64,000 bases of DNA from Octopus sinensis. Its lineage: Eukaryota. The position numbers and the translations under genes are program-made. A model generated the notes under the pieces. It was given only the letters and a program-made list of their open reading frames with translations, made no database searches and was not told the origin of the DNA. The DNA lies in assembly GCF_006345805.1 (NCBI RefSeq), contig NC_043005.1:48546001-48610000 (forward strand). The letters run 5' to 3'. Position 1 is the stretch's first letter; every line of letters starts with the position of its first letter. Positions 38,956 to 51,674 of the stretch are shown in pieces.

Positions 38956-39180
38956 TTTGTAAAATAGTCATTTTATAGCTTGAATCTGAGTCCTTCAATA
39001 ACGAAGTCTTTTTTTTTTTCTGCGTACCGGCAACTCAAACTAGCATTATTTAATTAATATTTGATTCCATTTAATCAATAATCGTGAGAAATATTTTTGA
39101 ATAGATTTGCAACGTCAAAACACACAATAATAGTATTTTGACTGAATATATTTTAGCACATGATAGAGTATATCCAAATC

Positions 39181-39409
39181 CGTGTCCAGAAAATTCGCCG
39201 TCAGAAATTTCGCTGTGGGAACCATAATAAAGTGTATATCAACATTTTCTTAAATACAAAAAAAAAACAAAGGATAAGATATTTTATAAAAGCATTAAAT
39301 AGGCAAGTTTTTATACAACATCAAACTTTAAAAAGAAAAAAACATGTGGAGACCCTTTAAAACGAAAGCTTTTACGGCAAAAATGTTTACGGCGAAATTT
39401 CTTATAACC
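39181..39409. mobile_element. MITE with subterminal AAATTCGCCGT repeats and 3-bp ATC target duplication
   Basis: ATC|CGTGTCCAGAAAATTCGCCGT ... ACGGCGAAATTTCTTATAACC|ATC. Removing it rejoins the PLE sequence. Confidence 0.7.
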
Positions 39410-39489
39410 ATCCATGTTTCAGAAAGCGCTTTAGTAAACTGTCCAAAATGTTACTCTGTTACTGTGTTTCATATGCAGGGCCTGCTTTA

Positions 39490-39783
39490 GTGACCCCCTT
39501 CGGTCAGACACTGACCATGGGTTTGCACCTAGAGAGTTACAAGGTTGTTTCATGGAAGACAAGCAGTCGCCCATGCATACCGGCCTCCCCTCTCCACGTC
39601 ACCGATGTTGTCAGACACTGACCATGGGTTTGCACCTAGAGAGTTACAAGGTTGTTTCATGGAAGACAAGCAGTCGCCCATGCATACCGGCCTCCCCTCT
39701 CCACGTCACCGATGTTGTCCAAGGGAAAGGCAAGGGCCGATACAGCTTGGCACCTGTGACGTCGCAACTCATTTCTACAGCTG
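39490..39783 (-). mobile_element. Young 5'-truncated SINE with perfect 107-bp internal tandem duplication and 13-bp TSD
   Basis: TSD AGGGCCTGCTTTA at 39477-39489 and 39784-39796. Units 39503-39609 and 39610-39716 are identical. Same family as 24796-25128. Confidence 0.92.
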
Positions 39784-40419
39784 AGGGCCTGCTTTAATCG
39801 GTCTAAATTTCAGATCATCTGAAGGTGCTGACTGAATGTATAGGGGTTTCCTTTTATGTATTTTGGACTGGCCATTCAGATTGCTGCTTTTGCATCTGAA
39901 TTCGCTCGTGTAGTCAAATTATTTGCGATACTTACATAAAAATATCAGCAGGTTTCCCCATTATGTTTCTTTGCTTGTAATTCTTTGTTTTCTCACACTA
40001 GTTACTGCCATAGTAGTTCTGTCACATCCCCATTGTCATTTTTTTCAACGTTGAATTCGCTTGCATTTATTGCAGAATTACGAAATGTCTGTGATATTTC
40101 ATTTCTGAAAAGTTGGATTTTTGTAAGGCACTTGTGAATTTTAGCCTCATAGTTTTTTGTTTTGTTTTTTTTTTAATATCCGTGAAATTATCATTTCATA
40201 GGCTGCTTACCGTCGGTTTCTTAAATTTGGAAGCCATTTTATGTCCCTTGTATTTCTGAGTTCGATCCCAAAATCGATGCTCATCATTGTCAACAATTTA
40301 TTCTGTTTTCTGTTGATTTAATGAATTTATAAAATGATCTTTTATACGAGATTGGTATTATGTTGACAGTGGTTCCTGGTATAATTATGTAATCTATTAA
40401 AATTTGATGTAGCACCTTT

Positions 40420-40641
40420 TATCATCTATCTTTTACTTCCTTCAGTCATTAGACTGCGACCATGCTGGGGCACCGCCTTGAAAAATTTCTATCCAATGTG
40501 TGTGGGTGAGTGTGTGAAGCGGGATACTTATTTTATCGGCCACTTCGTCGAATCGCTAAATTGTAGGAACATAAACACACACCGACACTAGTTGTTAAAT
40601 GACGGTGTGTACAAGGACTAACACAAAGACATACGCGCACA

Positions 40642-40715
<74 letters not shown>

Positions 40716-40878
40716 GACGGGTTCCTTTTAGTTTCCGTCAAGCAAATGCGCACATAAGGTTTTGGTCGACCCGTTGCTACAGTAGGAGACACTAGCCCAA
40801 GGTACCACGCAGTGGGACTGAACCCGGTACTATGTAGCTGAAAAACAAACTTCTTATCTCACAACGACGCCATCGCCT
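40420..40878 (-). mobile_element. OR-like SINE, full length, diverged
   Basis: Same block order as 37831-38285. Confidence 0.85.
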
Positions 40879-41113
40879 ATCTTCAATTTATTAAAATTTC
40901 GTTTTGGCTCTGATATACTGAGTTTGTGATTATTTTTTTGTTTTTCATAGCTTATTGTTTATTAAAGTCTTTTACGAAGGGGTTATCTAAATTTTATAAT
41001 GTTATGAAATAATATTTTATAATTCAAGAAACTTCCACTTCAGTAGACATTCCGTTCAGTTCATCTATTTGAGGAATCACGCAAGCACTCCCTTCACACA
41101 CGCACACGCACAC

Positions 41114-41144
<31 letters not shown>

Positions 41145-41268
41145 AGCAAACAAACTGCAGGGAATTCTTGTTATTATAAAAGCTTTAGAGAAGAACTTTG
41201 AACCTTCTTTTGACTGCATTTTCCTGCACCCCATAAAGCTACTACCCATATCCCCTGGTATTTGGGTG

Positions 41269-41299
41269 TACTAGTTTCTGGGTCTTTGCTCGTCATCAG
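41269..41299 (-). ncRNA. Hammerhead core with decayed stems
   Basis: CTGATGA cgagcaaagaccca GAAA CTA GTA. Both core halves and palindromic ACTAGT are intact, stem II is partial and stem I is not evident. Confidence 0.4.
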
Positions 41300-41456
41300 T
41301 CTGGAGTAGCATGGCCTGCTAGTTGGAGATGCCTATCTAGCCTCAGCAAACATATAAATTTGCTAAAATTTCTTTTGTTTAATTAGACTGAGAAAATAAT
41401 CGACACCAGTGAAAATTTACATTCGACGGATATTCGCCTCATTTTGTTTGTTGTTA

Positions 41457-41500
41457 ACACAACGTTTTGGCTGATATACCCTATAGCCTTCTTCAGGTGT
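41457..41500 (-). ncRNA. Minimal type I hammerhead, probably inactivated (GAAA to AAAA)
   Basis: ACAC CTGAAGA A GGCT atagggtatatc AGCC AAAA C GTT GTGT, within repeat 41416-41550 that is related to the insert at about 44360-44487. Confidence 0.7.
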
Positions 41501-41548
41501 CTTGAGGAAATTTCGAACCTGGGTTTTCATTCCTAAGGATTTTTTCGA

Positions 41549-41588
<40 letters not shown>

Positions 41589-41725
41589 ATTATTATGATC
41601 ATCATCATCATCATCATCATCATTATTATTATCATTGTTCAGGTCACTGCTTGGAATCGCACTCTTAACCACTATGCCATATGCCCATAGGCATATGGCG
41701 TAGCGCATTTCCATCAATTTTCTTT

Positions 41726-41792
<67 letters not shown>

Positions 41793-41794
41793 TA

Positions 41795-43024
41795 TCAGGT
41801 CATCCCATAAGTTCTGTCCGAATTTTGAATAAAGAAAACAAGTGATCAGATGTTATATTTAATTGAAATTTAATCATCAATGTACTTTCCCTGATTATCT
41901 ATGACTTCCTTCCATCTATTTACAAGTTTTTTGTAATCCCCTCAATGTAAAACTCATTTGGTTTCAAAACGAAGAAACTCTGAAATGTCAGTTTTGTCCT
42001 TCTCCTGGCTTGCAAAAGTTATGTGCCCCAAATAATTCTGTAAACTATGAAACAAATAGTCTGAAGGAGCAAGGTCGGGAGAAGAAGGTGGATGAGGAAT
42101 TTTTCCCAACCAAGCGCTTCAATCTTCTGTGATGTGATTTTTGCAGTGTGGGGTCGCACACTGTCCTGATGAAACATCGCTCCTTTTCGATTCATTAAAG
42201 CAGGTCTTTTTTTCTTCAAAACGTAGTTCAAACGCTCTAATTGCTGACAGTAGATTTGAGCATTGATAGTTGCATTAGGTGCTAACAATTCAAAGTGAAT
42301 TACTTCTTTGCAATACTACCAAATAGAGAGAAGGATCTTTTTCCATGAAGTTCCCTTCTCGGTTGTGGTTGAGCTTTTCCCTTTTACTAAGCCACTGTTG
42401 ACGACGTTTAACATTTCGAAAGAAGATCCATTTTTCGTCACCAGTCACAAGTCTATCCATGAAATGAGTTCGCGAGAATGGAGAGAACAGTAGATGTTAA
42501 CACAGGATTTTCGGTTGTTTTCGGACAATTCATGAGGCACCCATTTTCTAAGTTGCTGAAGATGACGATGAACAGTTGTATGGTTTGAACTAAGCTTCAT
42601 TGCCAATTCTTCAACTGATAATGCAGGATTTTCTTCAAGTAATGCCTCAAGGAGCTTATCATCAAACTCAACTGGAGTCCTGTTCGATCTTCATTTTCAA
42701 GGCTGAAATCTCCACTTTTTAATTTTGCAAATCATCTTCTGCAAGTTCTTTCATTCAAGCATTCTTTCCCATAAACTGAGTATATGTTTCGAGTCACTTC
42801 GGCTGCAGAGTTTCCTTTTTTGTACTCATAAAGCATTAAGTGCCTCAAATGCTCATGTTAGAAAGGGTTTTATTCTATTATTCTGTAAAATAATATTTAA
42901 TTATTTTAAATGTACACAAATGCATAAATATAATTTTTAATACCATTATACATTCTAAAATACTATTAAATTTCATTCAATTTAAAAAAAAGTAAAATCG
43001 GACAGAACTTATGGGATGACCTGA
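41795..43024 (-). mobile_element. Near-full-length mariner element (1230 bp) with pseudogenised transposase
   Basis: Perfect 27-bp TIRs TCAGGTCATCCCATAAGTTCTGTCCGA flanked by TA. Encodes HLRHLMLYEYKKGNSAAEVTRNIYSVYG, INAQIYCQQLERL and FHQDSVRPHTAK, with stops and frameshifts. Confidence 0.97.
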
Positions 43025-43027
43025 TAT

Positions 43028-43100
<73 letters not shown>

Positions 43101-43114
43101 ATATAATATATATA

Positions 43115-43150
<36 letters not shown>

Positions 43151-43270
43151 TATATATGTATGTATTATATATATATATATGTGTGTGGGTGTGGTGTGTG
43201 TGTATTATAACGAAGACAGTTATACGCAATAAAAAATCAAAACGAAAACGTTCAGTTACTGGGACTGAAG

Positions 43271-43621
43271 GTGTCAGGTAGCACCTATATTGCTAGAAAT
43301 GAGAATGAAAACCCTTAGAACCGCAAGAAAGCACATTTTCATATACTGATAATGGAAATATCCGCCCCATAAGCGAAGGTAGATCACTATACTAGACTAG
43401 CTTCACCCGGAAACTACAAGCTCGTCGAATGGTTTGGGTAAATCCGGATTGTCAGTATATATATTTACCATATAAATTTATGGTTGATTTAGCAAAATGC
43501 TAGTGTGAAAATTTCTAAGGGCTATAAGCAATGTAAAACCAAAAAGGTAAAACTTCACTAATTGTGAGTGAGAGTGCCGGGTAGAACATATATTGCTAGA
43601 AATAAGAGTAAAATCCCTAAG
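43271..43621 (+). mobile_element. 303-bp unit bounded by 48-bp direct repeats with an HHR-like core
   Basis: GTGYCRGGTAG.AC.TATATTGCTAGAAAT at 43271 and 43574. Internal ATATA CTGATAA TGG...CCG GAAAC...GTC AGTATAT (43341-43460). Confidence 0.5.
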
Positions 43622-43762
43622 GGAGTCAAATATTATCCGAGCTTTCGCCAAAACTTTCTATAGGTTGGCCACAAAGCTCCCAGTGCTCGTGTGCTAAAAG
43701 ATGATACTCCTGTGGTTATACCTTGATTGCTTCAGTTTTCTTTATTGTGTTACGAAGTAAAC

Positions 43763-44920
43763 ATGGCCGCTCCATTGGCAGTTTGCACCAAGAGAAACAG
43801 AGATATGTGATGCGATTTCTCTGGACTGAAAGTATGTCAGGGGAGGAATTTAACATTGGACATCAGTACAATACGAGGACAGCGTAGAGGTGTGTATGAG
43901 TGAATCAAGAAGATTAAGAATTGTCTGACAAGCGTGAAGCACGAAGAGAGTGTAGAGAGAGCATGACTAAACAAGCTCGAGAGGTGGTTTGGCGAACCGA
44001 TAAGTGAACATCGACGAAGTGGCCGTGCCAAAAGAGTTTACCGAAGCGCATAAGCGTAATTGTGTGGAGATCTGTCAACGCTTAGTCGACCACTATAACG
44101 ATGAAGGCGAAGCCTTTTGGGAGAGAATAGTCACTTTGAGCAAGAATCCAGAATCTATCACAGGAATCCAGAAGGTAGAGTGTGGATTGGAAACACCCAG
44201 AATTGCCAGCGAAAAAGAAATTCAAGACTCAACATTCTACAGAAAAACTGATGCTTACCATTTTTTGGAACGCAAAAGGGCCTATTATAGTAAATTAGAA
44301 GGGATATTGGGTCTGAAGTCACCAGTGAAGGCTACAGCGAAATTGATAGCCAACAAAATGACACCACATTATTTACGTTATTTACATTATATACATTCGA
44401 CGGATATTTGTCCTTACCTTGTTTGTTGTTAACACTGTTAACAACATAATGTACATAATTCCTCATCTCTTAAATATAGAACTGTAAAATGACACCAGCA
44501 ATTCGCACCAAACGTCAAGGTCTGTTGTTAAAGCAAGTGTTATTGTTGCACGACGATACGCGTCAACGTACGGTTACTTACCCCGTGGAAACCATTAAAA
44601 CATTGGTTTTGGAATTGCTGGAACACCCTGCATACGGTCCAGATCTCGTCCTTTCTGACTATTACTTCTTTAGGGCGATCAAACATCCTTTACGAGATCG
44701 TCGATTTGCTATGGACGAAGGAGTGCAGGAAACAGTGCATAAATGTCTGTGCGACCAGTTGAAAACCTTCTCCGATGAAATATTCAAGCTTGCAGACTAC
44801 CAGAAGTGCATAAAAAAGCAAGGAGAATATATCGAAAAATGTTGTGATCGTTGAATCCCTGCTTTTGTTTTAATAAATTACTGAAATAAGAGTGCGTGTA
44901 ATTTTTGCCTTCACCTCGCA
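43763..44920 (+). pseudogene. Mariner transposase pseudogene (irritans-like), interrupted at about 44285-44487
   Basis: MAAPLAVCTK, VPKEFTEAHKRNCVEICQ..FWERIVT, VLLLHDDTRQRT, LLEHPAYGPDLVLSDYYFF and KCIKKQGEYIEK. Confidence 0.93.
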
Positions 44921-45197
44921 TACGATTTGCGTCCAAAAAATATCCGACTTTATTTTTTCCCAGCGAAACTCATGCCGCATGAGAAAAATCTTTTGGGTGG
45001 GAGGATATACCGCTCTTCCTGAGCATGGCGCAAAATTTACTCTAGGCATAACAGCCGGGAACTGAGGCAGCCTAGCGGTGCCAAAATGTTCGCGCATGCG
45101 GTGGAAGAGTGGCGTCACCTTCCAATCAAATGACTTTGCCCACGCAGCATTAGTTGGCGGGGAAAAATAGTCTGATACTTTTCGAATACACCTCGTA
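44921..45197. mobile_element. Mariner-type MITE with about 115-bp imperfect TIRs
   Basis: TACGATTTGCGTCCAAAAAATATCCGACT... versus ...AGTCTGATACTTTTCGAATACACCTCGTA. The arms pair inward to about 45040/45083. Confidence 0.8.
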
Positions 45198-45211
45198 TAT
45201 ATATTAATATA

Positions 45212-45256
<45 letters not shown>

Positions 45257-45344
45257 GTGTGTGTGTGTGTGTGTATCTATGTATGAAGGAATGCATGTAA
45301 ATCTTTGTGTGTGTATGTGTGTGTGTGTGTATGTGTATAAAGGA

Positions 45345-45592
45345 TCAACGGCCCTTCCAGAGCCATAGGCCCATAAAGCCGGTTTCCCGGTTTCTGTCGC
45401 TTATATATTCTTCTCCAACGGACGGGATGTCGGCCCGACACAGGATTACTCATTGTTGCCAGCTGAATGGACTTGAGCAATGTTGAAATGAAGCGTTTTG
45501 CTCAAGAACACAATGCATCACCCAGTACAGAGATCGAAACCACAATATTGCGATCATGAGTGCAACACCCTAACCACCAAGCCACGCGCCTC
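45345..45592 (-). mobile_element. tRNA-derived SINE (CORE-like plus V-like blocks)
   Basis: Head GGAGGCGCGTGGCTTGGTGGTTAGGGTG, block TGTGTTCTTGAGCAAAACGCTTCATTTCA and tail CAGAAACCGGGAAACCGGC. Confidence 0.8.
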
Positions 45593-45624
45593 CACACAAC
45601 ACACACACACACACACACATTGAA

Positions 45625-45705
<81 letters not shown>

Positions 45706-45802
45706 GAGATAGATAGTTTGAAACACAGCAAACAATATGCCATCTCCATCTCCGTGACCACCATCACTAGCATTCACCATCGTCACCACCACCAACACCA
45801 GC

Positions 45803-45902
45803 NNNNNNNNNNNNNNNNNNNNNNNNNNNNNNNNNNNNNNNNNNNNNNNNNNNNNNNNNNNNNNNNNNNNNNNNNNNNNNNNNNNNNNNNNNNNNNNNNN
45901 NN
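45803..45902. other. Assembly gap (100 N)
   Basis: Run of 100 Ns. Adjacency across it is a scaffold join. Confidence 1.
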
Positions 45903-46664
45903 TCTGTAATATTTTGCTAATTTTTCTAATAAATGAAAAACTTATAATTCTATAATTTACTCTAAAATATCTGAATTTGAATTCCGATATCTTTAGCTTT
46001 TAGATTTTACTTGTTTCAGCCACGGAACTGGGATCATGCTAAGGCAGAGACTTCAGTACTTTTTTTCCATTTTTTTCTCAAGCCTATTGGTGACTTTTTG
46101 GCGGACCACAAGTTTAGATGGACATAAACAAACAACACCAAATTCAAGTGGGAGTGGGGAACAAACAGAAAAACAAGGGGAACACACACACACCACACAG
46201 ACATGATTAAACTTATTAGTGGATAAAAATTTATAAGATACGAAACAAAAAAAAAAAAGAATTTATCTGAATGTTAAAATTCAATTTTATTTCAAATAGT
46301 TATTTAAGAAAAGAAAAAAAGCAGATATTACAAATATTATTCAAATGTAACACCTAAATTTATTATACAGAATGAAACAGGTGAGGTCGTTCTTAATATT
46401 TTATTAAATCATAGTTTTTTTGTTCATTTTTTTTAATTACATAACCAAATATATCGAAGACTAAAAACCAATAAAGAAAAGGAGAGAAAGGAAGAAGAAA
46501 AGAAATGTTTGCGCAAAACTTAAAATAATTCCTTCAATGGCTAAATTGTGTAATGCCTTTAGTTACCCAGAAAAGTGGGGCATATATGTGTATGTATTTG
46601 CGTGCATTTGCAAATGTTGTGTGTTCGTGCATGTATGCTTGTATGTATATATGTACATGTTATT

Positions 46665-46695
<31 letters not shown>

Positions 46696-46787
46696 TTATA
46701 TGTGTATGTATGTATATGTGTGTACATATATATGTATCTACATAGATAGATAGAGTGAGAGAGAGAAAGACAAACAGACAGACAGGC

Positions 46788-46837
<50 letters not shown>

Positions 46838-47280
46838 GTTCATAGGTAGGAAAGATATCCTAAGTTTATTGGGACACGCTCATTTTTGATGAGAATAACG
46901 ATTTCATAACATTATCCACGATTATAAGCTGCTTTCATTCTGTGCGTGTGTGTGTGTGTGTGTGTTTGTCTCTGTGTGTCTGTGTATGTGCGTGCGCGCG
47001 CGTGAATATGCAAATATTTTATCATGTGTGTAAATTACTGCGTACGCGAGAGTGCTTGTGCGTTTACTTGAGTGTGTGACTGTGTGTGGGTATGTGCGTC
47101 TTTGTGATCATATGGATAATGTTATTGATTCTTACTACAGATATGTATGTGATCTCACAGATTACCTGCATACGGATTCTCACAAACACACCACACATAC
47201 ATACACACACACGCGCGCACACACACACATATATACATATGCGTATGAGTATATATACATATAGATAGATAGACAGATAG

Positions 47281-47323
<43 letters not shown>

Positions 47324-47385
47324 CGAATAAACAGATATGTATGTATGTAGATATGTAGATATATGTATATAAATAAAAATATGTG

Positions 47386-47433
<48 letters not shown>

Positions 47434-47864
47434 TGGATGCATGTATACATACATGCATATACGTAGACACACACATACATACACACGCACAAAGAATTTA
47501 GTCTTGTGTAAGATGTGTACTTCGTACATGTATGTATGAAACTATGGATGCATATGTGTATGTATGTATGTATGTATGTATGTATGTATGTATGTATGTA
47601 TGTATGTATGTATGTTTGTATGTAAGCTTGTAAGTATAGGATGAAAATCAGCAAAAAGGTGAAATGTGAACTATTTACGTAATTTCAGCTCCAAATAAAA
47701 TTTCTTCATTTACTGTATTCTGTTGAGTTTTTGGTTCTATATTTTTTTTTACTGAAGTTTACTTCCTTTCTATATGTAAGCAGGTATAATTTCATGCGTA
47801 TGCATGAGTGTGTGTGAATGTGTGTTTGAATACACACACACACACACAATATAATACAATATAC

Positions 47865-47904
<40 letters not shown>

Positions 47905-47965
47905 AAATGAATGTGTCTATATAAATATATATGTGTGTGTGTGTCTATATCAATATATATATATT

Positions 47966-48000
<35 letters not shown>

Positions 48001-48003
<3 letters not shown>

Positions 48004-48142
48004 TAAACAGTAAAATTAATTACAGACATGGACAAGAATGAAACACCACAGAGACGACACAAGAACCACAGGACGGGACATTCGAAGCCCTCAGTCATCA
48101 GTCAAAACCAGATCATCTTAGCAATTTCGGCTGATTATCAAT
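48001..48142 (-). mobile_element. Short repeat fragment embedded in (TA)n, PLE-terminus-like
   Basis: Minus strand: TCAGCCGAAATTGCTAAGATGATCTGGTTTTGACTGATGACTGA. Shares CGAAATTGCT with 341-350. Confidence 0.5.
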
Positions 48143-48246
48143 ATATATATTTGTGTATATATATATATACATACATACTCTTTTACTCTTTTATATATAT
48201 ATATATATCAATATATATATTCGTATATATATCTATATATACATGC

Positions 48247-48283
<37 letters not shown>

Positions 48284-48384
48284 ATATACACATATATATA
48301 TATACATATATATATACATATATATATATACATATATATACATATATATATATATAGATTACATACATACATACTATATTATAT

Positions 48385-48427
<43 letters not shown>

Positions 48428-49059
48428 ATATACATATATATATATACATAGATCACCAATGGTAGCCTTAATTCACAAATAAAGAAACTATGTCCACCAA
48501 TGCGGTGTTGAGCTATCATTTTCATTGTTGAACATTTACACACACACATACATACATATATATACATACATACATACATACACACTAACACACACACACA
48601 CACATACACACACACATATATATGATATCTATAGAATGACATATGCCCGGATTCTCCACATGATAAAATTTCACTGGCAGTGCTCCAGCATGGCCGTAGC
48701 TAAATCGTATAAAGAATTGAAAGAATATATTTATCTGTGTATATGTAGATGTGTGTATAAATATATATGTATATATATATATATTACATGTATTATTTAT
48801 TCATCTATATATATATATATACACATATATATATATATATATTATATATATATACACACATATATATACACACACACATATATATATAAACATATATATA
48901 CATACATAACGGCGGTGCATCAGCATGGCCGCAGCTCCGAGCTGAAACTAGAAAAAAAAATACATATATATATATATTATATATATATATATATATATAG
49001 ACATGCATATACACACACAATACATATTTGCTTGTGTGTGTATGTATATATGTGTGTGT

Positions 49060-49351
49060 TTGTTACCTATTCTGTCCTTTTCGGTCTTTAACACACCTTA
49101 TATTGGTTGTCAAGTGTCACAGAGGGATTAACATAAACACACACACAGCTATGTATGTATGTATGTATGTATGTATGTATGTATGTATGTACGACGGGCT
49201 TCCATACAGTGTCCGTCAACCAAATTCCCTTACTAGGCATTGTTCCTCGTAGGCATTCTGTAGAAAACACATACCCCTTATGTTACGCAGCTGTACTGAA
49301 CCTAGTGACACGCGGTTGCAAAGCAATCTTCCAATCCTCACAACAGTGCCT
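49060..49351 (-). mobile_element. OR-like SINE, diverged
   Basis: TACGACGGGCTTCC..CGTCAACCAAATTC..ACTGAACC blocks with internal (ATGT)n. Confidence 0.65.
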
Positions 49352-49670
49352 ATGTCGAGTAGAGTAAAAGTACAACATGGTTTGTTACGCTTAGAATGCC
49401 TTTTATCACAGGTGAAACTCGTTACTAACAACTGGCCTGGGATTAATCAACAGATAAACCATTCATCTACACACGCATGCACACATGCACACACAAAAAT
49501 GCATTCCGTCACATATTAAAAGGTGATGTGTCTTTGTTATAAATGTTGGTTTTACTCATTTACTCAAATAGTTATGGAACTTTAAAAATGTCTACACAAA
49601 ATATCTTATCATCAATCTTCATAATTCCCTCTATATAAGCATCTGTGTACTGTACGTCTGTATTAATGTG

Positions 49671-49727
<57 letters not shown>

Positions 49728-49891
49728 GTGCATACACACACAGAGGTGAGCACATAAGTGCGAAACAGTGTGGAAAGAATAGTACTCATTTACCAAAGGT
49801 AGAGCAATATGCGTTTATGAAAGCTGCAAAATTATCACAATACTGTTACTCATCGCTTCACGTTCCAGGTCGTCGGACATTTGTAATGAAC

Positions 49892-49931
<40 letters not shown>

Positions 49932-50079
49932 CATACATATACATACATATATATATATAATGCATGTATATATATATATGTGTGTATATGTATGTATGTA
50001 TGTATGTACGTGTATTATATACACATATGTGTTGTTTAGTCCCAGGTCGGTAGTTATTATCGACTTGTGATAAAATACA

Positions 50080-50497
50080 CCCTAGGGGCAAGTGTCTCCT
50101 GTTATATGCTCATGCCGACTAATGTCTAGTGAGGGGATTTGGCTGACGGAAACTTTATGGAGGCCTGTCATACATACCTACACACATACATACATACATA
50201 CATACATACATACATACATACATACATACATACATACATGCATACGCGTGTGTGTGTGTGTTGTGTGTGTGTGTGTGTGTCTGAGTGTGTGTGTTTTAAT
50301 GCTTGTGTTTATTTTATTCCCATTCCACCTTGACAACAAGTGTAGGTGTGTTTTTACCTGCGGAAGCTAGCGTTCCAACCTAACAAATCGATAGAATAAG
50401 TAAGAGACTTTAAAAATAAGTTTAGTCAATTAGATCGATTAGATCCTTCAAGGCGATGCACCAGCATGGCCGCAGATCGGAACAAGTGAAAGGTAAA
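50080..50497 (+). mobile_element. OR-like SINE lacking head
   Basis: GGGCAAGTGTCTCC...GACGGAAACT...CTTCAAGGCGATGCACCAGCATGGCCGCAG. Confidence 0.7.
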
Positions 50498-50701
50498 AGT
50501 TAAAACATAGTGTTTCTAGGTTTATATTATAGAAGAAGTTGTCCTTTTTCATCTTTTTAAGACAGTAGTATGTAATATATGGGGCATAACTGGCTGCTAT
50601 TTCTAGCAGAAAATGTGACAGTAGAGAAACGTTCTCGATAACAGAACAGGGCAGAAACAGAGTCACATAATTAAATGGTCATTTTTGTGTGCGCGCGTGT
50701 G

Positions 50702-50764
<63 letters not shown>

Positions 50765-51155
50765 TGTCTGTGTCTCATTTTTTTTTAAATATTAAATATT
50801 TAATCGATTTAAATCTCTGGCCTTCTTGAGGTGCACAGTTAATGACTGCGTGCACTTATGTAATATACAAAAGTTTGTGTGTGTGTGTGTGTGTGTGTGT
50901 GCGTGCGTGTGTATCTGATATTATTTTCTTAGAAATCTAAGTAAATCACAAAATTATAAGTTTCTGGTCATGCTGGAATATCACGGTTAACGGGTGTATG
51001 CACACACACAGAGATGTGGGTCTTACATGCCTGCGAGGTTTTATAAGTGATTTGCACATTTAAGTTATATATCGCTTGTGCGTATAAGGCATATATTATT
51101 GCTTTCATAATCCAATGTGCTGTAGTCATCAACGATCGTTTTCGTTACGCATTAC

Positions 51156-51218
51156 AATTGCATTCGTAAGATTTCGGTCTAACAATCAAATTGGTACCAA
51201 TCTTCAGCAGACGCAACT
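51156..51218 (-). ncRNA. Type I hammerhead-like motif with long stem I
   Basis: AGTTGCGTCTG CTGAAGA ttGGTacCAATttgATTGttagACC GAAA TC TTA CGAATGCAATT. Stem I pairs at 10 of 11 positions counting G-U; stem III is degenerate. Confidence 0.55.
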
Positions 51219-51557
51219 AATTTTTCAGCTGGTTGGACCTGGAGAAAAGTGAAATAAGATTTCTTGCCCAAGAAAACGATCTCTCTGATTCGGCAACCGA
51301 TCCCACGACCTTACTTACCATCGTTAGCCAAACAGCTTCACTGCTCTCCCACACGCTTAGCACCTACGTTTGTGATTGACTTATTTTCAAAAGCCCATAT
51401 TGTTTTGCTAGGATCAAGCAAGTGTTCATGTTACGCAAGAAGTTCTCTTGTCTACAGAGATTTGCATTATTTGCTTAGTTTATTTACTTTTACAAGACTC
51501 AAGTCTGTGAAAGGCTTTGGAGTCGGATAACTACATGAATGAAATGATATATGAGAT

Positions 51558-51588
<31 letters not shown>

Positions 51589-51674
51589 CAAATTTGCAGA
51601 AAAAAAAATGAAGACATGTGAGAGAGAACAACAAACAGGTGTATTAGTTTAATGCTCAAGGAAAATGGGCAAAT

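Larger units (their letters stand above)
36830..40100 (-). pseudogene. Decayed Penelope-like retroelement ORF (RT plus GIY-YIG), split by four insertions
   Basis: In order on the minus strand: SNLNGQSKIHK..DLKFRPIKAGP (39430-39920), TIIVCFDVANLFKNISHD (about 39080-39140), MFDGSAYRQIPDNEMD (38290-38460), RYLNLWFIPW..QF..ELPFMDISI..IQFSLAKRIRTIVS (37520-37815), LVCRGCLENYIG*TR...RMTIH (about 37010-37095). Confidence 0.92.

Noticed and set aside
40124-40140. miR-124-like TAAGGCACTTGTGAAT
   Set aside because: Seed-only similarity, no precursor hairpin, and adjacent to the PLE fossil.
45718-45909. ORF running through the gap
   Set aside because: Artefact of Ns.
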